This document shows, piece after piece, positions 1 to 13,074 of a stretch of DNA of 64,000 bases; positions within the stretch are counted from its first letter, which is position 1; every line of letters begins with the position of its first letter. Under the pieces are notes generated by a model. The model saw only the letters and a list, made by a program, of their open reading frames with translations. It did not search any database and was not told where the DNA came from. Origin of the DNA: Lepidodermella squamata (lineage: Eukaryota; Animalia; Gastrotricha); NCBI GenBank assembly GCA_047495785.1, contig JBLDXI010000013.1:496001-560000 (forward strand). Direction: 5' to 3'. The position numbers and the translations under genes were made by a program.

Positions 1-1048
1 GATTTTGTTCCGAAATTTCTGGTAATGATTGCATTGATCCCATCGTATCTAACGATTTTTATTGGCATTGGTTGCATATCATGCGTTGAGCCTCGCTCCT
101 CCCTATTCCGTCGTTCGTCTCCCACTTCTCCTCGCAATTTTCCTGTTTAACGCTATTTCGCACCGATGATGCAGCTTTAAAATTCAAGTGCGTGTGTACC
201 ATTCTTTCCGTTCCTTATTTGTTCAAATTTTAGTAATAATTTTCTGTTGCGAAGGAATTTGTAAGACAATAATTACCATGCGAGAAAATCTTAGCTTGCA
301 TTTTTGTTTTGTTCGGGTTTTGAAGACTCAAGATTTCGATAATGATTGGCAGCTGCTAAGCACAGCAACGCCTTTACCACGATTGAAGTTAGTAATCTGA
401 AGCCTGTTTGATATCCAATGAATTCGCTTTGCGGATGCAACAACTCAGCGAACGCTTATTCTTGGCGAACTTTACAATCCAATTCCCTTTAGTACCCAGC
501 CATTTGATTTAGGCCTCTTGTGAGCTGGAAACTTGAGTTACGCCATCTGACTCACCGTTGGTCACATGTAACCCGCTTAAGGCAACATGTAAAATTGCGG
601 TCAAAAGATGGACTGTTCGAAATATCCATTTAACGCTTTTAATTGATCAGTCTTACTTTCTCCTTTTTATGCTAATTTATTTTTTTATTTTAGGGTATAA
701 TTTTATTACATTGATAATAATTGTTTAGTATATTACATGTTTGTTAAATCGATCTATGCACAGCCTTTCTATAAATTCGCTGATTATTGGTTGCCTACGG
801 GCTGAATGCACATTTTTACTGCGTTCATCAGTAATACGGCGCCACATCGTGAACTTGTTCAACTACCGCCCATCTCGTCATCTTCCTGTGTTCCCAGTTG
901 CCTGTTTAGCTTCGCATTCGAGCAGCCCACTCAAGCGGCTCCAATTGTTGAACATTCGTTGTTGAGGCATCTATCCAGTTGCTCTGGTCCCCGTGAATTG
1001 GCTTTCAAACCATTTTCAGCTAACAAGACCAGCAGCTTCAAAATCAAG

Positions 1049-4000
1049 ATGAAACTATTCGGCTGCGTCAGTGATCGCAGCGACTCCGATACTCAAAGTA
1101 AAAAGATCGAAAAGCAGCTGAAAGAAGACAAGCAGAAATATAAATCCACCCATCGACTTCTTCTTCTGGGTTTGTTGTGCTTTGTATCAGAGTTTTCAAA
1201 TATTCTTTTGTGTTTCATGTTAGGTGCTGGAGAGTCTGGAAAATCCACCATCGTAAAACAGATGAAAATTTTACATATCAATGGATTTTCTAAAGAGTAA
1301 GTTATCGCTTCTAACTCATAACTGCATCATAATGAATTTTCCAACAGCGAAAAAGTCGAAAAAGTCATGGATATCAAACGCAATATTCGTGATGCTATTC
1401 TTGTAAGTTACTTGATCTAGGTCAAGTGGGTCAAACTAAGCTATGTATTTCTTTCAGAGCGTTGCCGGTGCGATGGGAACTATAAGCCCACCTATAGAGC
1501 TTGCTGATCCTTCTAAGAAGCCCAGTTTTGACTACGTGCTCAATGAAGTCAGCAAAAATACGTATGACTACCCCTCTGTAAGTTATACAATTAATTCAGG
1601 TGTTGGAATTTAGAATTATGTTTCTTCAATTAGGAATTTTTCGACCATGTTGCTAATCTATGGGCTGACAAAGGCATTCAACAGTGCTTTGATCGTGCAA
1701 ACGAATACCAGCTAATAGATTGCGCCAAATAGTAAGTTTATTTACCTTGAGTTACCAACCGGACATTTTCCACCATGTCATTTGCTTTTAATTTCAAAAT
1801 CATTAAAAGCTATGAGCCTCCTAAATTACTGAGTTCTTTCCGTCATCAGTTGTCATCGTCAGGTAGCTTATAAGATTTTTAGGGCTGTATTCCGTATATC
1901 CGTAAGAAGTGATCAAGAGGCATATTGAGACAATTTTTGATCTCATCAGCACAACTTGAATTATGTCACGCTGCTACTGTTTTTTCTTGCAAGCTGCGTC
2001 TTCCATATATCATGGTCAAGAAATGAGATGTAATTACATTTTATTTTTGGGGCGAAATCAAAGAAATACTATCATTTTAATTTTCATTATTATTTTTTGA
2101 CATTATAAAATTGGTTTGTTCTAATCTTTTTTCGTCAGCGTTTTCCTATTTATAATAGTAGTGATAGCTATGATAATAATGCGCGCAATATGAACACACA
2201 GCTCACTACTATATTGCGAAGTACTCGTCGTTTTGCCGGTACATTTTCTTCTTGAAAGTACTGCTATGCGAAACGACTACTGCTACTGTGATACTACTAC
2301 TACTACGACTATTACTACTACTACTAGCATGAGAAGCAGCCGAATATAAATGCATATAGTGTTGCGATCTCGCTCATTTACGTATATTTTTCTCAATATT
2401 TTTATATTAGGGCGGACTGGAGGGCGTAGGGTGTTGTAGATCAATTCATCCCGTATCCTTACATTCAATACGTAGCTATATTTTTGCGATAATATAATAT
2501 AATGTGGCCTGCCTTCAGCAGCGGCAAACGATACACGAAGCCTCGTGGCCGAAGCCTATAATTCGTATTCTGTGTGAGCATGTGTGCGCCGATTCGCGCT
2601 CTATTTTTGGATTGCATGCTGCTAAAAATAGCCGCTACGAATTTCCTTTTTCTCCGTCATCTACGCAGTTTTAGAGGGACGATACTACGACTGGCTACTA
2701 CTACTACTGCTGCTACTACTACTACGAGCGCGTATTATATACATACGCATGTTCGCGCGCTGTGCGCTCTGCATGCTCTGCTGCTGCGGTTGTGTTTTCG
2801 TAATGAAAGAAAACTCGCCTGTCGCTCTCGATCTCGCCCGCCCGGCTCCCGCTCGCGCTCTCTCTCTCACTCACACACATACATACAGGCTCGTTTCGTG
2901 CTCTTTCTGCCGTTGATGGACAGACGCATCATTGCGAGCGCATAGAACAGGAAAACTATCGAATAAGCTGGCGATGTACAATTTTACATATTATTATTTT
3001 ATATATAAATTCAGTCGTAGTAGTTGCTACCGATACGCATGCGAAATACGGTGTGCTACTACTATGATGAGATCCTACAATTGTAATTTTTTCGTATTGA
3101 TTCTGCCTTTTGCGGTCTTTGAAGATTGATGTCACGAGAGAGGTCAGTTACCAGTTCAATTTGTTTTTTTTTGCGGCCGCGATGTTTCTGGAAATCTGCT
3201 TACTTGATCTGTGCCTAAATGATTCTGAAGTACAGTGGTGACGGGAATTGAGAAAGAAATATTAAGAAATTGAATTGAAAAATTTGGTGATAAAATGAAT
3301 GGGAATTGTTAACGAATGTCCTCAATTTTCAGCTTCCTCGATCGCGTCCGAGAGGTTGCGAGGCCCGACTTCATGCCAACCGATCAGGACATTTTGCGAT
3401 GTCGCGTGTTAACGTCTGGCATCTTCGAAACTCGCTTCACTGTCGACAAAGTCCACTTCCATATGTTCGACGTCGGCGGGCAGCGGGAGGAGCGGAGAAA
3501 GTGGATTCAATGTTTTAACGATGTCACGGCCATAATTTTCGTAACGTCTTGCTCATGTTACAACATGGTCCTCCGTGAGGATCCTACGCAGAACCGGCTC
3601 AAGGAGTCGCTGGAGCTGTTTGAAAACATCTGGAGTAACAGGTTCGTTTCTCCCAAAAATAACTCGGGAACTCTGGAAGAAAATTCTAGAATTTTGTAGA
3701 GGAATGATTAGGTTTTACTGTTAAGCTAATTAATTTTTGTGAGGATGAAAGAATTTGGTAACCACCCACAGCAGTGACAAACAAGAAAACAAAAATTTTA
3801 AGCTGGGTTATGTACCCACAATTCAGCTTTTTGCGAGGAGAAAGATTTCGGACGAATCCCGCATTCTTTACCCGAAAGCGATTGATATTTCAAAAAACAG
3901 TAAAACTTATTGGGACGGTAGGAAGTTGTTCGATTTCAATTGAGCTCCACTGTTTGTAGCCTATTCCTAATATTCGTAATGGGACCCTTATACGACAGAG

Positions 4001-4407
4001 TGCCATGCTTTCGCTCGATCTCTCGATTAACGTTTTCTTGGTTTTTGTATAGATGGCTCCGGCAGATCTCCGTAATTCTCTTCCTCAATAAGATGGACCT
4101 GCTGGAAGAAAAGGTGAAAGCAGGGCGGTCCAAAATCGAAGAATACTTTCCAAGCTTCGAAGAATACAGATTGCCTCCAGACGTCAAACTTTCACCGAGT
4201 GATAACCCCGAAGTCGTAAGAACAAAATACTTCATTCGCGACATGTTCCTGCGCATCAGCACAACAACGGAAGACAGCCGTCACGCAACACACTACTGCT
4301 ACCCCCACTTCACATGCGCCGTTGATACCGAGAACATTCGAAGGGTATTCAACGATTGCCGCGACATCATCCAGCGCATGCATCTTCGCCAGTACGAATT
4401 GTTGTGA
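1049..4407 (+). CDS. GNAS: Heterotrimeric G protein alpha-s subunit; 7 predicted exons (1049-1169, 1224-1296, 1348-1402, 1458-1577, 1634-1731, 3333-3641, 4053-4407)
   Basis: Spliced translation gives [18 protein letters not shown] (P-loop), [51 protein letters not shown] (diagnostic Gs C-terminus). All introns are GT-AG. Confidence 0.97.
2276..2326. repeat. Imperfect (TAC)n microsatellite in GNAS intron 5
   Basis: actactgctactgtgatactactactactacgactattactactactacta. Confidence 0.85.
2684..2725. repeat. Second imperfect (TAC/TGC)n microsatellite in GNAS intron 5
   Basis: actacgactggctactactactactgctgctactactactac. Confidence 0.8.
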
Positions 4408-7329
4408 TGACGCTTGGCTGTCTGTTCGTCTGCCTGCCTGCCTGCCTGTCAACACGTCCTCCTCTATGAACGGAAACAAATGTCTTTTCTTCTATATTTT
4501 CAACATCATAAATCTCGTTTTTTTCGCTCGCTCGCTCGCCCTCGCCATCATCTTTCGTGTGTGAATGTGTGTGATTGAACAGGCTTGAAATCCACAGGAA
4601 ACCACAACAGATCACCAACGCTTTGTGAAATATCAAAATGTTATTGTTATTTAATTGAACTGACCGTGAGGCTGCGCAGCCGAGCAAGCTTGGCTGTTCT
4701 CTCGTCATTTCTCTCTCTCATCAATTCTGCTTTTCCGAACCGGAGGATGCGCTTTGAAATATTGTTTTAATTCATTCTCCCACCTTCTCATTCTTCATTT
4801 TTTTCGCTCTATCCATCTCGGATTAAAAACCGAATATATTCGCGGCTTCTCTGCTTCCGATAAGCCGCTCGTCGTCACAATTTTGTCTCTAAAATTGAGT
4901 CAATCGAGGTTAGTACCTAGATTTGTAAGCCGACTTTATTAGGCCGTTTCTCTGTATATAGAACGCACCATGGATGAAAACAGGGACAATTTACTCAGGT
5001 CGATGATGAATGATGGTGAGAGCTGATTGCCAGTTTACGCTCGCGCCATGTAACATAATACTATTTTTACTTAAGAAGAAGTATTTTTTAACCGTGAATC
5101 GTCGTGTCGCCGCCTGTTCATTGCAATCTACAAATTGGATTTATTATCCTAGCTATCCTCAAGTCTGAAACCGATCAAATTCGCGCTTCAAGCGCGGCCA
5201 GGCCTTGCCCTTTCCGGAAGAAAATCTGAATCGCTTATCTCACTCATCACAATAGATCTGCTTGACCGAAGAGTCGTATAAAATTGCGAAAATTATCACA
5301 GAAACTATTTTTTTCCTAATCTCTCTTCTCGCTTTCTCCCATTCACCTTGTACAATTTCGAATGGGGAAAAAAATTACCTTGCTTGATTTGAATTTGGCA
5401 GACCCGGTTGGCAAGCCTACATATCTCGTGTTTTCAATCTCTGGCACTGTAAGCAACAAGCTCACCACTGTCGACGCTAAGAATTATCGGGCAGCCTTCC
5501 CAGCACGATTCTACCTTCGCATGAGGATTCGCTCGAGCAGCAACTGCCACTTTTTGGTTGATATTACGCCAGTAAAGGCCTCTTTGATAGTATCTATACC
5601 ATTACTCGTGCATGCCAGCTACGTGTTAAGATGCAATATTATATGCGAAGCAGCATACTTACTTGCAAATGCCATTTATCAGTTCCTTGAAATAAATCGT
5701 GCTTGATTCACTCGCTGCAATCACCGAAACGGTGCGTTTGTATTTAGAGAAAGATTTGATTAATCCCACTATTATATTAGTAGTCTCTGATGGGCTTGTT
5801 TGGCAGTATGCTTAATCCAGCTTCTTGATGTTGACTTTCAAACAAAGTAGCATGTGGTGGTGGCTGGGCTAAAGTTGTCACGCTTAATTTGTTGCTACTG
5901 ACGAATTTTTTCTCCTCCATACCTGGCCAACAATAATTTCCAACTTTAGAATAACTATGCGATAATCTACATCACTTATAGTCGATCATCTTGTAAGATC
6001 TGAAGCCAGTACAATATAATCGAATGCCTTGCTTTGAACTGAAATATCGTCTTCAAATTGTTGATCTGCTTGTATTTATTTCCTGTCTAATAAAGCGCTT
6101 GGCGCTTGACGTCTGTCTTGCATCTTACTTTCAGGATAATGACGAGAAATCATTTCCAGTTAACTTGACTGCGCACTTGCTCGTTTCTCGAACCTGAACT
6201 GATCGGGCGTAGAGAAAACCATCATTCATCATCTTCAACGACCTTGTTGTTGTTTTTAAATCTTCGTTTTTTGGTCACACTCTACTTCTCCTTGCTAGGT
6301 ATACTTTTGCTCTGCGAAAACCGGAAAAAGGAACGATCGCTGAAGGCGCGAAATCGCGGAGAAAGAACGCTGCTAGTCTCTCGTTGCCTTGTACAAAGCT
6401 TTCTACTTCGTCGATATGAAAGTTGGACCTATTCGGTCTTGTTCTGGCTCTACTAATTTTGCAAATTTCGTTGTTTTTAGCAAGCAGAGAAAAATTCTCT
6501 ATCTTCATTTGCGCGCGCTCTCGCCTCTCACGCTCGTGTAATAGCACAATATTAATGATAATTACGTCATATTTTCTTGATAAAAAAGCTATCATTATTA
6601 TAATATTATTTAATTAAACAAATTGTTTGAAACTTCAATTCAAACGATATTCTACTGAGTCGGAAATTTCTAACAAAGTCTATTGTATAACTCTGGATGG
6701 CAGGCTATAATCAAAGCGAACGCGCTGTTTGTGCCCCAGCGCTTGTTTGTGTCTTTGTTTCTAATTTTGAGAGTCAATACCTTGAAATATTCGGTTTCGA
6801 CAGATAAATGAATGCTTATTCGAATTCAATGGTAATCTTACGAGTACTTTACGAACTTCTCAGCAACATCGCACTGTGAAAGTGATCGCTGCCCATATAT
6901 GTTTGTTTCTTCGATTCCTGTTTCTTGATTTCAACCCTCGCGCTTGTTACGATGAAATTTCACTTGTCTATACGCTGTCTATACGATAATCTACGTTCGC
7001 TGAAATCTCCCGGCTCTTTGATAGTATAGTATAACTAGCATATTGATACTTACTTATCCAACGCAATCAACTCTTCGCCTGAAACAACAACATTTCCTTC
7101 GTTTAGCCTCTTATAACATTCATTCGAAGATGATAAAAAAAAACTCGCAATATACGTCCGAACAGGTGTTATTCTCTTTATCTCTCGTTGAATTTCGACT
7201 TTACCAGTCCATTGAACAAACCAAAAATAGCCGCGCGTACGTGTACATTGACTGTCAATCTTCTTGCTCTATTTCTCTCTATCATCGCTCTCCTATTCGT
7301 CGCAATTGTGCATCGTATCCGTCGCTATT

Positions 7330-7495
7330 ATACATAAATATATATATATATATAAATATCAGATGATTAAAAATTGAATCGCTATCATTATTACTTCAAC
7401 TTAATTACTATTGATACTAATGATATGATTATTATATTATATTATATTATATTATTAATAATTCATATTATCTTCTTATTCTTATTCTTATTATG
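7330..7495. repeat. AT-rich simple repeat cluster: (TA)n, (TATTA)n, (TCTTAT)n
   Basis: (TA)n run at about 7338-7353, attatattatattatattat at about 7428-7457, tcttattcttattcttat at about 7474-7493. Confidence 0.85.
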
Positions 7496-8703
7496 ATATG
7501 ACAAATGTTATATGGCTGCGAAAGCGAACAAATTGTCCGATTGGTCCGATTGACCGTATATCGATCACTCGTGTAACGTCATCTCTTTTTAAGATAAGAT
7601 GCATCAGATTTAAATAAAAGCGTCGATGTGTAAACAGTTTGTTTCATTTCCGAGAGGTTACCAAAGCCTGTGTAGCGGTCACCTAAGCGTTGCTTAGAAT
7701 GCCTAGTACAGAGTAGCGGACGAATGCTGGAATGCTAAGTTATGCCGGAAAACAGCGATATTATTATTTTCAACTTGAGCTAACAGGGTGCGGTTGGTTT
7801 TGGCGTAAACACGATCATGCGTTGCGACGGGACTGTCGGCGCAAAACGGATTTGTGTACATGATTTCCATGTTGGCTGAAATGTGCCATTTTTACGCCGC
7901 AATAATTCGCTATATACAAAATATATTATATATCGCCACAACTATCAACAACGCTGAAAGATACGACGAGGCCATTGCTAGCGCAAATGTGGTGCTTTGA
8001 GCGTTATTAGCAGCTGGGTTTTTTGTCGGGCCGTGGACACTTGCGACGCTTGATATGCATGCACAGCGATTTGCATGCAAATTTTACCAACACAGCGTTT
8101 GCACCGTTAAATTGATAGTGTCGGCTGAGTGGCGACGACGAGGCGCACATTGGCGAAAGATGCGCTCTTCGTAATATCGACATCTTTTTGTCGGCGCGCG
8201 TCCTGAATATACGAATGCGGGAGAAGCGATTACAGTACTAGATGGGCGTTGATATTAAACACGCGGAATAGGGAGCACTGCTGAGATATTTCGGACGCGT
8301 CTTCTGCTCTTCCCAAACAGCGCCGCAGCGACGAAAAACTCGCATAGAAGTGTGATGACGATGACGATGATGTGGAGATAAATGGAAGCAAAGTAGGTAT
8401 AATACTGATGTGATAGGAGACGCGGCCAACGAACGCGTTAGTGATATTATATTTATAATATTATAATCCACAACCAGGCCGCGTCTTTTTAGAAATAATT
8501 TTCGCCACCAGCTTTACACATTGCCAGACGAGGAGTCCGCCGACCCAATGTCTGCTATAACCTCCCATTAAGTAATAGCGACAACATTCAATATTCGCTA
8601 ATATGGGCGCCTCTCGGTGCAATGCACTTCCTAAAAATCGAGTCTAAAAAACAAAAGCTATTACAGTAATGACATCGCTCCCGAAGCATCGCCAGTCCAA
8701 ATT

Positions 8704-11238
8704 ATGATGAAGCTATTAGCTGTGATTTTGATCACCTCATCAGGGTTCAACACGAGTTGGTCGACATATGGTTTGTGCAAACTTTCATCTTTCAGCTTTT
8801 ATCCATTTTAATTTCTCACGAAAAACAGTCATGCAGAAGGAGTGCGCGAAAAACATATTGAAAAACCAGAACCAGACATTGGCGTCCGACCGCAAGCCTC
8901 TGGTAGTCGACGTGGGCACTTCAATGCGCGTTAGCTTAACAGATCGGCATGGCTATGAAGCCAATCTTGACTGCACGGTCACATTTCGCAGCGGCCCTAA
9001 TCGCATATTACTGTTCAAACTGGACGACCTTGAGATGGAGCGTTCTCGCGATTGCGTCAACGATTTCCTCCTGATCAGTAACACTATACGAGGAGGTAGG
9101 TTCAAATAGTTTAATTCATTACAGCTTAACCTGAAAAATATGACATGATCCAGACGTAGTTCTTTGCGGTAGCGGCAAACGCGTCGACTCTTTTTACAGT
9201 TACAATAGCACAATCACCCTTCGCTTTGTGTCTAATCGTGACTTGATGAATACGATGCGGGGTTTCAACGGTTTTTTCACGGCTCTCTACCCCGAGCCGT
9301 GCTCAGACGACTCGGGAATGTTCCCGTGCAAAAATGGGTTCTGTGTCTCCGAGTCGCTCGAATGCAACGGTTACGACAACTGTGGGGATAATTCGGACGA
9401 AATTCTATGCAAAGGTTCCGAACTTGCATTTACCATAAAGGGTTTTGCTATAATTTGTATGCATTTATAGAGAAGCAGTGGTACGTGATATCCCTGATTA
9501 CAGCCCTTCTTTTCATCGCCATTTTCTTGACCCTTGCTGCGGTGGCATTCATCGCGAAACGTCGAAAGCAGCGAAAAAACAGCCGAATGGAGGCTGCTGG
9601 GCTAACGAATCCCGGGGAAGAACTCGTTGACCCGACATCGCCAGCAGAAGTTGCCAAGTTCAAGGGTAAGAGGTCCAAGAAAAGCGTCAACTTCTGTAAA
9701 TCAGTTGGTAAATGCGGTGAAGAATCAGCAACCATGGAAGAATCTTCCGCTAGTAACCCGAAGCAGCGTGAAGCAGAGGAAAGGGACGAGTGGAACCGGC
9801 TGATATTCGACAGCAATAAGCAAGGCCAGATGCACCTGTACGGCGTGCCCAACACCCAAGATTTCAACGACCTCGAAAGCCGTCTGGAACACTCGGCGCT
9901 TGCCTGCCCTGAATTCATCGCTATCCAGGTATATCATTATTGCGGGGTTTCATTTTTCTCCTTTGTCTTAATTTTCTTCGATTATTGATGTTGTCCAAAT
10001 ATCAGGGGAGATCGCGTATAAGGCAAACAAATTTACAGCTTTCACGAGTACTGAGCCAAATATTATCAGAAGAAATTTGTCAAGGGAATTATGACTAAAT
10101 TACGTTATTTTTACTTTGTATTATTTGTTAATTTTACTAGGAATTACTTCGCCGCACCGGCGGGCCGAAAGGCTTCTCTGCTGATTTACAACGAAAAGGT
10201 TTGACTGGCTACAACCAAGCTTCACTGCATCAACTCTGCGCACTCTGCCTGCTCGCCAACATGGATTTGGCGCCGCCGCCGCCGCCGCCTCAAAATAATC
10301 ACCAGTCAAACCAGTCCGAAAGCAGCGTAGACAAGTTTGCAGATGCTTACGCAAATTTCACCGGCTACAGGTGCCCAAATGGGTGCCGTAAGGAGCATTC
10401 TTTCTTTTCACAAGCTGATATCCACAACGAAACACCAACAATCGCAATTCTATCGCGGAACCCGTCATTCTATTTAAACCATCTGAACAACAACAGATCG
10501 TCGTCAATGAGTAATAACACTTCATCATTGGGTAGGACGAAGCGCACACCTTCGCCTCGGAAATCGAAATCCCCACCTAAAAAGGTGAGCAGTCATCACG
10601 TTGGTTGGCGATCGAACGTTGGTTCAAACTCGCGCGGCACGCCGGGTAACTCGGGTGTTTCATTCGCCACGCCTCTCGTCATTCCCGCGAGCCAGCTGCG
10701 CTACGTAGATGGCAAACCGTCAATCATCCGCAGCGACGACCCGCAATACTTTATGGCCTGCAACAACGGCTCGACCGTGGACGACCAATCTTCTCGCGTG
10801 CTATCGACAAGTGACGACGGCGAATCACTGAGTCCTCGCCGTCGCCGCTCACGTGACTTTCCGGCTAATCAATACCAACAACCGAAAAACAGGCGCGTGA
10901 GAATCCTACCTAAATTGTTGAGCGTACCGCCGTTGAATCGGCACCTCGACGAGTCCGAGGTCGATGAGTTGGTGTGTGTTGACTTCGCGCGGCCACCAAA
11001 GCTGCCTTCGATGCGGCCGTCGCACCTGAGTGCAGCGTCGGCGGCGGTCAAGCGCCTTACTTATGCGTCGATCGAAAGGCGGCCGCAATCGCAACCAGAC
11101 AACAACTCGGTCAGCATCACTGAGCCGCCTTGGGTTCGCCAAGACCCGCCGCCGATGCCGCCTTCCCTGCTGCCGCCAAGCAGGTCTAGAACGCCAGTTC
11201 GTGATTTGAACTTGCCTCCTCATTGCAACACGGACTGA
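8704..11238 (+). CDS. Type I membrane protein: signal peptide, CUB domain, LDL-receptor class A repeat, TM helix, long disordered Pro/Ser-rich tail; about 5 exons
   Basis: Signal [14 protein letters not shown]; CUB-like [11 protein letters not shown]...DCVNDFLLI...LCGS...ITLRFVSN...GF; LDLa [27 protein letters not shown]; [26 protein letters not shown] followed by KRRK. The acceptor at 10140 joins in frame to ORF 10201-11238. Confidence 0.8.
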
Positions 11239-11659
11239 CACGTTTCTCACTCAACTTGTATGCAATATGTACTCAAACAACTGATATATTTTTTTATGAA
11301 ATGACTTAAATTTCCACCTTCAGTTTTACTATTCAAATTCGGAGATATGAATGGCAGTTGGGAGATCTTACTTCTCAACAACACCGGTTCGAACTGGGAA
11401 TAGATTGTCCGAAATATTGTTCACCCTGTTTCATCACACAGGGTACTTATCAAGAAATTTTCAATAAAAAACATTCATTTTATCGAAAAGTGTTTCTTGT
11501 CATTAATAATTGATGTAGCCCCCCACGTGAAATAGGCGAGCAGAACAAAGCGCGTTGTAGTGATGCGCTTGACAACGCACTTCGCGACAGTCGTGTTTTT
11601 TCTCGATTTTGGACTGTGTTAGAAAAAAATCCTCTCCACATAGCTGTGAGGTACTCAAT

Positions 11660-13074
11660 ATGGATCGCAGATTTTTGTTAGCTGTTCTGTTGGTGGCGGC
11701 CGACATCCGGCAATCGGTTCAACAGCAAACCGATTCGCCTCCAGCCGGCGGTAATATGCAACAAATGGGGCAACAGCCACTTGGTCAGCCTACTGACGCA
11801 AGTGGCAACGACGACCCGATGGCCCAGCGTGGAATAGGAGGCGGTTTCACTCGAAAACGCTGCTTGCCTGGGCAAGTTTTCTGCTTTGAAACAATGAGCT
11901 GCATCTCAGTGAGCCGAAATCCGAAGGTACAACGCCAAGCTGCCATGATTTCTGCCGCGCTTGAGGATGATGGCTCGCCAGTCAAAAATTGCCCACCGAA
12001 TGAAATTTTCTGCTTCGAAACTGGCCTATGCCGCCAGAGACCGAATTTTGCGCAAGGAGGGCCATCCAAAACAGCAACGGGCAATTCAAATAAAATAAGA
12101 AGACGCCGAGTCAGTTTGATTGGTTATGCAACTTTCCAGGTCGATTACGCCTCGGTCGTGGGAGACGAGCAGCGAAAGGAATCCCTGAAAACAAGTTTCA
12201 CCCGGCAGCTTTCTGTACAACTTGACATCCCGGTTGTACAAATTGTTGTCATCGCTATTCGCCGGGGTTCCATTGTTGTTGATTTTAACGTAACCCAAAA
12301 CTCAACCGTATCCCCAGTTGACGACGATACGCTGATCCAAAATTTCAAGCAAGATGTGTCAAACGTAACTTGTTTTGATATCAACTGGTAATTTATTGTT
12401 AATTCATTTATTATTATTAACAGGGGTTGGATAATATTTACGTTGACAATGGAGAAGATGTAGTGCTGACAGTGAGCACTTATCGATTTGGAGAGAGTTA
12501 CCTGCACAACGATGGCGAAGTCGCGACAAACGATACGACGACGCAGGTTTCAGAGAAAGCTAACTCGTGGATGAGCGTATTCAGTGAAATATGGTTTTGG
12601 GTGGTTATCGGTGTGCTAGCTCTCGCTATTCTCATCGTTCTCATCGTCTCCATCTACTGTTGTTGCTGCCGTAAGAGAGAACAGCACGTCAAGGTGGTCC
12701 CTGCCTCTGCAAAACCGGCCAATAATACCGTTAGCGTGACGATCAGCTATCAGCCGCCGTATGATCCGAACCTACCAGGGGGACCCAACCCTGCGTTCAA
12801 CGGCAACTACGGCATTGCAGGCCAACCGAACAAGGCTTGGTCCCCGCCACCAGCCTACGATAAGCCGAAAACACCACAACCAAAACTTGGCGGCAGACAG
12901 CAGACAGAGGTTCCACCGGATGACGATGATATTTACGACAACGCTGGAACTAACGCCGTCGGATTACAACCCGAGTACGCTACATCGTTCAAACCCGGTG
13001 CGGGAAGCGCGTACAGCGGCAGTGCTAGAATGGCGAAAGTTAACGAGTCGCCCATTCCTGGTTCGACTATCTGA
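11660..13074 (+). CDS. Type I membrane protein with two short Cys repeats, a SEA-like domain, TM helix, CCCC and a Pro-rich tail; 2 exons (intron 12365-12423)
   Basis: Signal MDRRFLLAVLLVAA; SEA autoproteolysis-type motif RRGSIVVDF; TM WFWVVIGVLALAILIVLIVSIY followed by CCCCRKR; PPPAY (PPxY) in the tail. Confidence 0.75.

Noticed and set aside
2283-3129. Short ORFs in GNAS intron 5
   Set aside because: Products of microsatellites (poly-T/V/S, RS repeats).
3731-3741. AATTTTTGT Sm-like site as a sign of an SL RNA or snRNA gene
   Set aside because: Common in AT-rich introns; no leader, donor or stem-loop context. No SL RNA gene was recognised in this window.
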